A stretch of DNA of 63,958 nucleotides, the filler included, from Octopus bimaculoides (taxonomy: Eukaryota): the NCBI RefSeq assembly GCF_001194135.2. It is 6 parts of 6 records of this genome, joined end to end, with 100 filler letters (N's around TTAATTAATTAA, not from the genome) between each part and the next. Parts side by side here need not be neighbours in the genome. Positions count along the whole stretch, not along the records: positions 52,994 to 58,733 come from NC_068983.1; positions 58,834 to 61,968 come from NC_068984.1; positions 62,069 to 63,958 come from NW_026419826.1; 3 more parts are not named here. The stretch is one strand, 5' to 3'. The translations under genes were made by a program, and so were the position numbers. Below the pieces are notes generated by a model. That model ran no database searches and was not told the DNA's origin. It saw only the letters and a list, made by a program, of their open reading frames with translations. Numbering within the stretch: the first letter of the stretch is position 1; each line of letters begins with the position of its first letter. Below are positions 54,114 to 63,958 of the stretch, one piece after another.

Positions 54114-56209
54114 CGTGTATCTCGAGGAGCAGCAACTCTCTTAAGGGGAGAGCACTGAGTAAAACAATTACTGAGTGGCTCCAGTTAAGTTGTATCAAAA
54201 TGTCTTTATATAACGACAAATGTCTACTGCGGTTCCGTTGAGAGTTGTTCAATTTGCAGGAATGAAATTGATAAGAAACATTTTACTAAATTATAATGCA
54301 AAAATTTGGAAAACCTTTAGCTATTCTTCTCACAAAGAACAGAACCCTTCTGGTTCCTGTTATTTTGTATACGTGACAAAAACGCAGCATATTATTTGTA
54401 ACTTAAAATATAGGTGTAGCACGAAACGTGTTTTCTGTAACAAGTCTTTCAACAGTCATCATTTCTCTGTAGTTTCTTCATTTCTCGAAAAGTCAAGGAA
54501 GAAAATGAAATAAAGTGGCGCTTGGATTTCTATTGCTACAACCTTGGAAGAGCATTGAGAGCATGCATGAGGCATATTTGTACAGTACTTGTTTATTTTC
54601 TCGAGGTATATCCCATTGGATTTCAATATTCCAAGAAACACTTCGTATATCGCGCCATGCGACACAAAATATTCAAAACATGAAACGTTAGTAAATTTTG
54701 TTATCTGTAAATCATGATATTGAAGGCAACACAGCACATAGGAATAATATGGTCCGTTTGGAATTGTGAATATAAATCACAGCTCTATAATTTTACTTGT
54801 ACATCATTTAAAATTCAATCAACATATAAATAGGATAACTCAGCACTCTATCCAAATGTTAGCCTTAGTTTAGGACTTGCAAATTCAATCATTTGCTGAG
54901 AAGTATTTTATTTGCATAATACAAGTGCACAGTAATAGCTATAGTATATTACAAACTACGGATGATCAAATATTTCTGCAAAGGAAATGTATGATAAAGG
55001 AGACTAGAATATTCTATATATTATACAATTCAGTACTTAAATTACATTCGCCTTTTATGCAAATATTTACTTTAACCTCATTAACAAACTCAGAAGTATC
55101 AAGTGGCTTTGGAAGGAACGTGTAACTGAACTTCTCTTCAACATTTTCAATTATCAGGCGACACGTATTTTGATTACTTACTGGAAAATACATTTTGTGG
55201 TATGAATTTTAAATCGGCAAATATTAAAGTACTTTAGGTGATAGAGCCGATGAATTGAGAGTAGAAGTATTGAATGGCATTCCAGGAAAGCACCTTCAAA
55301 ATATTTATATCTGTTCATTCAAACTACTGGAGAAAACTACGTTATTGTGGGTCATTGAGTCAATTCTTGTCTTAGTAGCAATTATGCTTCGTGTTACGAA
55401 CGCTGCTTTAGAACACCAATATTCAGTTTTCGCTTAAGTGTTGCTTATAGATTGGTCAGTAATTGCAGTGTGTTGAGACGATAGTAGCAGATATGCTTTT
55501 TGATCTCTATTTAGTTTCTAAGATTGCAAATATCTTCATAGACGTTGAGATTGCTGATATGTAGTGAGACGAGAATACCTGCTTGTAAAAGTGAACGATT
55601 GCAACTCTAATTTTGCTAAATATCTGCATAAACAGGATCAAGGTGTAATTCGTTTTCGTTCCCTCTCATATCCCTCTCCGTCATATTTCCCAGTTCTATG
55701 AAATTATGAGTAATAGTAGGAAGGAAATTCCTGTTTAATTTTTACTAATCTGAAATCGTACGATTGGTAGTTATGCAGAATAAAGAGGACTACAAACAAA
55801 CACATGCGCCAGTCTACAAACACCAACCTATGTTCTTCACCTTGTGATGTTACGACGTTCAAGTTGAATCTTATGATTTTACTTATGTAAACGAAAGTGA
55901 ATAAATCAACTGCGATCTTAATTATATTAAACAGAAGTATCGCCAGGTGTTTACGATGAAATACGACACTGAATTTATCAAAAATCACAGGAACATATTT
56001 GAAAATTCAAAAACCAAACTGATATTGTTGTCTACTTCACCATAATTTTCTGCATCGGATATTTATCATAAAATCCGATTTGAGAACAATATCATTGATC
56101 TGAAACTACATGATTCTATTTCCTAGAATTTGCAGCTATTTGGTCGTTTTAAATGTAACAAGAAGCATTTCACCTCCAAGAATTTTAACATTTCCGGACT
56201 AGGAAATGA

Positions 56210-56800
56210 ATACCATTTATAGTGACACAAAATCCATGCCACCAGATCATCTTCAGTATCGCTAAAGCGAACTTACCTATCCTTGCACAAAGTAAGGAAT
56301 TTAGAAATATCATTACAGATCAAAGTATAACTCTCAGTAAGCGACAACCTAAAAACTTGAAAAAGCTATTAACAAAGGCAAGGTTTGACCTCAGCAACAA
56401 GAATCAAACATTCACTGTGTCCAAATGCAATGATAGCCGATGCGGTACATGCCGATCAATCCATACCGGCCCATATATGAACACAAAAACAGGGAAAATA
56501 TTCACCAATGCGAACATGAACTGCAAAAGTAGAAATCTAATCTAATGCATCAAATGCCCTAATTCTGAAGAGCTGTAAGTTAGCCAGACAGGTAATGCAC
56601 TATCGGAACGCTCACGTGTTCATCAACAACAGATTAAAAACCCAGAAGTCCGCCAAATACCACTGAGTAACCATCTGGCAACATGTGGTCGTGAAACTTT
56701 TATGATATTTCCATTCCATAAACTTTACAACCTGAAGGAACTTGAGAGAAAACGCAAAGAAAAGGACTTTATTAAGAAATTCAGACCCACTCTTATTAAC
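56210..56800 (+). mobile_element. Penelope-like retroelement 3' remnant, GIY-YIG endonuclease region (pseudogenised)
   Basis: Translation IPFIVTQNPCHQIIFSIAKANLPIL...SKRQPKNLKKLLTKARF...KCNDSRCGTC...NCKSRNLI*CIKCPNSEEL*VSQTGNALSERSRVH...KEKDFIKKFRPTL. This is the typical PLE Cys-rich linker plus GIY-YIG layout, with both catalytic Tyr positions read as stops. Confidence 0.85.
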
Positions 56801-56805
56801 AAAAT

Positions 56806-57950
56806 ACTGAGGCAGAACTGGACAGCCTAGTCCAGTCTGTGCAGTTTGTATCCAATGATATTAAAGTAGAGTTTGTACTCTCAAAATACGCTACGGTGGT
56901 GATGAGAGGAGGAGAGCATTTCAGGACAGAAAGCATATATTTGACAAGTGGTAAGATGATGAACGCAATTCAACCACAATCCAACCATAAGTACCTGGAA
57001 ATACTTGAGGCAGAGGGAATCGAACAACACGACATAAAGGAAAAGACAAAAAAGAGAGTGCATGTGTCGAGTGAGAGAAATATTGAGTGCAAAACTGAAT
57101 GCTAGAAACATAATCTCGGCAATAAACTCGCACGCAATCGCAGTAGTACAGTATGGTACTAGAATCCTGAAGTGGACAGTGGAAGAGCTAAAGGAGATGA
57201 ATAGGAAGCCAGGAAAGCCCCTACCGATGTATGGATCCCATCATCCACATGCAAGCACTAAACGCCTATACATGAAGAGAGCAAATGGCGGAATCAAATT
57301 GATAAGTGTGGAAGACTTCATGCGTATCGAAATCGAGGGTTTCATGACATACCTAATCCAAAATTAGGAAACCTTGCTAGTCACAGCTAAGGACGAGGGA
57401 ATTTTATGAGCAAAACAATAGGGAAAAAAGAAGAACTACAAGAAGGAAATATGCAAGAAATATGCAAGAAGGGGCTGCACAATCAATTCCATGTAGCCAC
57501 AACAGGTGTTCGTGGAAAAAATACGTTTGATTGGTTGAGGAAATGGACCCTAAAAAGGGACCGACAGCTCTGTATTCGCAGCGCAAGACCAAGCTCTGAC
57601 CGCGAAATGGAGGTTGAACCGAAGAAATGAACAAGTGTCTCCGCTGTGCCGCTTCAGCAATAGCGTGGATGAAACCATTACCCATATCACGAACGAATGC
57701 CCTGGACTTGTCCAAAATCGCTACAAGCTGTGGCGACACGATCAAAGAAGCGAAAGTACTCCATTGGAAGCTGTGCGAAAGCTGGAGGCGAGATAGAGGC
57801 AAAACGTGGTATGAGTACCAACCGCAGAGAGTAGCAGAGTCGGAGACTAGCAAAATCGTCTGGGATTTCTCAATCCCAACAGATTAGGGACTAGAGCATA
57901 ACAGACCGAACCTAGTGTTAGTGGACAAGGTGTGCCACATATGCTATATA
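56806..57950 (+). mobile_element. 5'-truncated RLE-type non-LTR retrotransposon (R4/Dong-like), copy 1
   Basis: Frameshifted fragments: ELDSLVQSVQFVSNDIKVEF, KYLEIL, KLNARNIISAINSHA, RLYMKRANGG, CRFSNSVDETITHITNECP (decayed CCHC knuckle), HWKLC, KIVWDFSIPTD..HNRPNLVLVDK. Confidence 0.85.
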
Positions 57951-57954
57951 TGAT

Positions 57955-58655
57955 ACCTGCGAGAAATAGTAGTAGTGAGAATGGTTACGTTTGCAAAAAG
58001 GAAGGCTGAAGAGGGAGACAGAACGATTCTTAGTAGATACACAAGATTAAGCATTATGGACTAATTGAATAAAAGCCAAGATAGACAAAAACCAAATAGA
58101 TTCCCACTGTAGGCTATGCAAGTCAAAATAGGAAAGTGTTACTCATATACTAAGTGAATGTAGCATGCTGGCACATATAGAATACAAGAAAATACGTGTC
58201 TACCTAGGGAGAGTAACCCACTGGAAATTATGTAGAAAGCTAGGACTTGACCATTCTGATGAATGGTTTGAATATGAACTTATTAAGTACTAGAATGAAG
58301 AAATATGATATGTTGAGGGAATTTAACATCCAGACTCAGTGAGTAATAGAAGCGAGACCGCCTCATTTAGTAATAGTAGATAGAGAACAGAAAGTGCCAG
58401 ATAATTGACTTTACAGTCCCAAATGATGAAAATGTCAATATGAGAGTTATAGCAAAAATAGCAAAGTACCAGGACTTAGCCATTGAATTAGAAAAACTAT
58501 GGAAAATGGAGGTAAAATGTATCCCAGTAGTTACAGCTCCAGAAAAGTGCTATTTGGCACAGTTAGGTTATTTTGGAGGATTCCTGGCAGCTAGGAATGC
58601 TGGTTGAAGCCCAGTGTTAAGATTTTTTTGTTTCGAAAGTCTAATCTGTTGTGTG

Positions 58656-58733
<78 letters not shown>
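57955..58733 (+). mobile_element. Second 5'-truncated R4/Dong-like 3' end with (AAT)n tail
   Basis: Has its own GRLKRETE, DSHCRLCKSK*ESVTHILSECS (CCHC), THWKLCRKLG, RPPHLVIVD and KYQDLAIELEKLWKMEVKCIPVV segments, ending in (AAT)n at about 58657-58733. Confidence 0.8.
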
Positions 58734-58842
58734 NNNNNNNNNNNNNNNNNNNNNNNNNNNNNNNNNNNNNNNNNNNNTTAATTAATTAANNNNNNNNNNN
58801 NNNNNNNNNNNNNNNNNNNNNNNNNNNNNNNNNTATATATCA

Positions 58843-58881
<39 letters not shown>

Positions 58882-61800
58882 CGTATTTATTAAAATATAC
58901 ATACATACAGAAACGTATTCACATATACATGAACATGATTTATATATGTATATGTATATATATATTGAAATGTGATGAATATTTCATTATTGACGCTTCT
59001 GTTTAAAATTTAATTTGAGCGAATATGCAAGCTTTATCTAATAAGTTAATATTTATACATCTGTAACTAACATGCACCCTAAACGCTTTATATGTGCACG
59101 TTTCACTATTGCGTGAATGATCGTGGTTGTCGGCGGTCGACCGTTGTTGATATTGATGTCATTGCAGTATAAGGAGATGCCACTCTACTACATACATATA
59201 TATATATAGCATTGCTTGTGTCTATGTTTACGAGTGGTTCATTGAAAGTCAGGCAATAAACTTCGGCTCTAGGTTCTCTCAACTCGGACAGTAGACCTGT
59301 GTATCACATGACTGAGATGACACGTCAAACATTCGGAATTTTCGGAATAATATGCGTGGTGGGAAGGGAAATAATAAATAAAATGAACACTATAATCTTA
59401 TATGTAAGAAACTGCCGCAATAAGCATTTTCTTCGGTATTTGCAGGATTCAGATCCTGTATATAAGAACTAACAAAAAGAAAAGATTCGAAAGAACGTCG
59501 ATATTTAACTAACCCGGGGCTCTGGCAATTTTAGGGCACCTCATGATAAGTATATATAAGAAAAGAGTTATTTTCTCGAGTGCATTTATATGTGTTTATG
59601 CACGTGTGCATATATCGGTATCCGTTATATCAGCGGGTATGGAATTCTTTACAATTTTTGTAACTGTGCATGCTAATGCATGTTTGTGTTTCAGAGTGCA
59701 AATATGACGGTGTATAGAATGTACTGCAAAAACAAATGTTACTATTTGTCGACACGTTCTATAAACACACACACAAAAAAACAGAAGCATTTTTCTTTTC
59801 TTTTGTGATTGGCGTAAATAATATATTCATGCTTTTAGCCTCACTCTTTCTGATTTTTAATTTCTCTCGTCTCGCATTTAACACCGGAAAACAATTGGCT
59901 CCAAGATCGAATATAGTTTAAATGTGATTGCGAAACAGAAAAACAACTTAGAAAACAAACACCTCGTTTTCTTTCTTTTTATCGTTTCTTTCCGATATTC
60001 TTTTTCCTGTGTTTTCTTTTAAACTTTCATCGCACATTTGTTTTTTCTCTACTTTTGTGACCCTGTTTATTTGTCGACTCTCCCGGTTGTTTGTCTAAAC
60101 CGCTCTTAGCTCTCTTTCTGTAAATCTCCCTTCTTTTCTCTCTCTCATCCTTTCTTTTCTCCCCTCTCCCGTTCTTTCTTTCTAATTTTTTTTCCTCCAT
60201 TTTCTGTTTCCTTTATTTTTCGCTCTGTCTAGTTTTTAGTTTTTTTTTCCCCAATCCCATATAATTCTTTTATATCTCTTCCGTTTTTTTCCCTTCATAT
60301 TCTCTCTTAGTCTGGCAGTATGTCTGCTTGTCTATCTGCCTTTCATTGAGAATACCATTTTCCATTCTAACTCGATGTATGATGTTATTTCGTTCTTATT
60401 TCCTTCCATCTTTCCTCAAACTTCTGTTTATACGTGATTTTATTCTTAGTATTTTCCTCTAATATTCTTTCCTTTTAGTTTACTGTTATTTTTTCTTCAT
60501 TTATTTTTCATTCAATACCCCCTGTTTAATTCTTTCTCTTTCTCATTCCAGAACACTTTAGCCTATCGTTTCTTTTATCATATTACTTCATTGTTTTGTT
60601 TCGTTCTTTGTTTCCACAATCTTTTATTCCTCTCGCTATCATGTTTTTCATTAATATTATATCCCTCTTTATGGTTACATTTCTTCATTTATTTTACAAA
60701 TAATCAATATATTCTTTCATAAATTAATTTTTCATTCATTTCAAAAGACTGTACTTTCCCCTTACATATCTCATTCTCGCATCCTTTATAGACCCCATTC
60801 TATCATTTTCAACTGTCTCTCTTTCCTATGATTTTTTTCTTTCTTCTTTATCTGTCTTTCCTTATTCATTTACTTATCGCTTCCCACGGGGATGCTGTTA
60901 TCGGCTTTTAAATTGGGTTTTCATGTTCAACAAAGCTCTGTTTGGCATAGATGTGTCGAGAAAATGTAGTCATGAAATATTGATTCCTCAATTAGATATG
61001 AAGCCTTAGGCAGGTAGTGTTAAGTGTCTTGCCGAGAGACACAATGTCATACAACACCTGCGGTGGTATGCGTAGTGTTCATGATACAATAGCAAGCGTC
61101 AGTGTTCTATTTCAGACAAAAACAAAAACAAAAGTGAAACATTAACTACATCAATAGCAAAAATAAACAACATGGCTAGAAGTATAACTATCATTGGATT
61201 GTAGATTTATGTGTCCTACCCACGGACAAGCGAAATAGTAGCAGTAAAGTTGAACACAAATCCTGAACAATAGAGTATCATATATCAGGACCGATAAAGC
61301 ATTGAATAGCGCCATCAATACTATATTGGACATTAAACCTTGGAGTCAGCTGTAGTTATTCCCTCATCATCATTGACTTATTCATATGACCGAAACTTCC
61401 ACATTTCAACGCCCCAGTTCGCCTAATCGAATGCGCTCAAATAAATGTTGTCGCAAAGAAAACAGTAAAGCTGACGCCTCCATCAATAGCCTACGATCTG
61501 GAGTAAGCGTTTGGCTCTTACTCTTGTAGGAACCGCCATTTAACAACTTAGTTCTGTATAAAATGCTGTTATATATATTCAATTTTATGTTTGGCATATC
61601 TTTCGTGTATACCAGAATTACTTTTCAACAGCACAAAGGATTGAAATGCGGACATTTAACCATTGAAAAATGTGGAACAAATTCACAATGATTGATAACT
61701 GAATATAGGGGGCAAAATATATTGCGTTAGAGAAGGAGACATAAAGGTCTTCTGTAAACGGAGAATAATCATGTCAGTGGCGAATACGTTTAGGAATGTT

Positions 61801-63380
61801 GTATGTCCCTATTTGGTAGCTGAGTGAATTGTTTGTTGAGACTTGGACATAAGTATCAAGATTAGGATTATTTTGTAGTATCTCCGTTAGCAAGTATTTA
61901 AGACATGATACCAATATGTCTACACCCAGTAATCTGTTTATATATATATATATACATATATATGTATANNNNNNNNNNNNNNNNNNNNNNNNNNNNNNNN
62001 NNNNNNNNNNNNTTAATTAATTAANNNNNNNNNNNNNNNNNNNNNNNNNNNNNNNNNNNNNNNNNNNNACACACACACACACACACACACGTAAAATACA
62101 TGTTAATATACACACACACAGAAATACTATTGAAGACACTTACACACATGCACACACACATGCTATCCTTAAATTTGGCACATTAAAAAAGCCCTCCTGT
62201 CCCCCCTCACACACATGCCCATTATAATATGATGCTGTGTAGTCACATTCTAGAAATTTCTGTTTCTGCCATTTGATACTTCACCAATTTCGAACTAAGG
62301 ACATGCGAAACCAGAGGTTTAAATCCAGCTTTGAATGCAATTATTTTAAACCATCTCGAACCATTTATAAAAAAACACACACACAGACACACACACACTA
62401 AATTCACTTTCCGTTTATTTTCAAGAGGTGTCGACAATTCTGCCGCCCATCTGCGGATCTGGTCTCAGACACAGTCTCAAAGAATTGCAGTAGAAATAAC
62501 GACGCATCATGAAAGGAACAAGAATTGGCAACAGAAAGAAAATGAACATAAAGACAAACAAGATACNNNNNNNNNNNNNNNNNNNNNNNNNNNNNNNNNN
62601 NNNNNNNNNNNNNNNNNNNNNNNNNNNNNNNNNNNNNNNNNNNNNNNNNNNNNNNNNNNNNNNNNNNNNNNNNNNNNNNNNNNNNNNNNNNNNNNNNNNN
62701 NNNNNNNNNNNNNNNNNNNNNNNNNNNNNNNNNNNNNNNNNNNNNNNNNNNNNNNNNNNNNNNNNNNNNNNNNNNNNNNNNNNNNNNNNNNNNNNNNNNN
62801 NNNNNNNNNNNNNNNNNNNNNNNNNNNNNNNNNNNNNNNNNNNNNNNNNNNNNNNNNNNNNNNNNNNNNNNNNNNNNNNNNNNNNNNNNNNNNNNNNNNN
62901 NNNNNNNNNNNNNNNNNNNNNNNNNNNNNNNNNNNNNNNNNNNNNNNNNNNNNNNNNNNNNNNNNNNNNNNNNNNNNNNNNNNNNNNNNNNNNNNNNNNN
63001 NNNNNNNNNNNNNNNNNNNNNNNNNNNNNNNNNNNNNNNNNNNNNNNNNNNNNNNNNNNNNNNNNNNNNNNNNNNNNNNNNNNNNNNNNNNNNNNNNNNN
63101 NNNNNNNNNNNNNNNNNNNNNNNNNNNNNNNNNNNNNNNNNNNNNNNNNNNNNNNNNNNNNNNNNNNNNNNNNNNNNNNNNNNNNNNNNNNNNNNNNNNN
63201 NNNNNNNNNNNNNNNNNNNNNNNNNNNNNNNNNNNNNNNNNNNNNNNNNNNNNNNNNNNNNNNNNNNNNNNNNNNNNNNNNNNNNNNNNNNNNNNNNNNN
63301 NNNNNNNNNNNNNNNNNNNNNNNNNNNNNNNNNNNNNNNNNNNNNNNNNNNNNNNNNNNNNNNNNNNNNNNNNNNNNNNT

Positions 63381-63580
63381 GGGGCTACACACAGAGGGGA
63401 CAAACGGATTAAGTCGATTATATCGACCTCCAGTGCGTAACTGGTACTTATTTAATCGACCCCGAAAGGATGAAAGGCAAAGTCGACTTCGGTGGAATTT
63501 GAACTCAGAACCTAACGGCAGACGAAATACCGCTAAACATTTCGCCCCGCGTGCTAACGTTTCTGCCAGCTCGATGCCTT
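63381..63580 (-). mobile_element. SINE family A copy
   Basis: Close match to the reverse complement of the 1524 copy. Confidence 0.8.
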
Positions 63581-63806
63581 CGAATGAATAATGTGTGTGT
63601 GTGTATATCTTCTTTTACTTGTTTCAGTCATTTGATTGCAGCCATGCTGGAGCACCGCTTTCAGTCGAAGAAATCGCCCCCAAGACTTATTCTTTGTAAG
63701 CCTATTGCTTATTCTACCAGACTCTTTTGCAGAACCGCTGGGGATGTAAACACACCAACACTGGTTTCAAACAAAGGCAGGGGAACAAACATAGACACAC
63801 ACACAC

Positions 63807-63841
<35 letters not shown>

Positions 63842-63958
63842 GATCGCTGACCAAACCATTCAATTTTTTTTCTCCGTGTTTTTCTCCTTGTTTCTTTCTG
63901 TTGAAGAACGTAGCTCGAAACATTAAAGACTTTCTGTATTCCCGAGCGTCAAACTAAT

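Noticed and set aside
1-63958. Most ORFs in the supplied track ([20 protein letters not shown] and X-runs)
   Set aside because: They are translations of dinucleotide microsatellites and N gaps, with no splice or composition support.

Overview
Eukaryotic, AT-rich, microsatellite-saturated genomic DNA with many N gaps. The SINE families, LINE types and (CA/TA/GA)n density look like a coleoid cephalopod, probably Octopus; this is an inference and was not searched. Five 100-bp gaps carry a TTAATTAATTAA spacer, so the window is six joined scaffolds whose relative order and orientation are not guaranteed. Most entries in the ORF track are microsatellite or N artefacts. One gene is well supported: a minus-strand, multi-exon gene encoding a divergent DEP domain, a His/Asn/Thr-rich region, a coiled coil and a poly-Q tract. 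It has three phase-compatible exons (17131-16594, 16108-15843, 15154-14515) and probable upstream exons at 18406-18344 and 19381-19345. The rest is mostly dead mobile DNA: several tRNA-head SINE families, mariner- and hAT-type MITEs, a Helentron-like element, RTE and CR1/L2-like RT fragments, three R4/Dong-like 3' ends and a Penelope-like GIY-YIG remnant. The most interesting signal is a set of type-I hammerhead ribozyme motifs. One at 53887-53972 (+) has a complete core and an unusually long loop II. One at 53096-53140 (-) lies inside an apparent 346-nt repeat unit, like a retrozyme or Penelope pLTR. Two degenerate motifs lie at 34842-34885 and 52723-52787. Hammerheads in Penelope-like elements and retrozymes are known biology, so only these particular instances or families may be undescribed. 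Repeat boundaries are approximate and all calls were made by eye.
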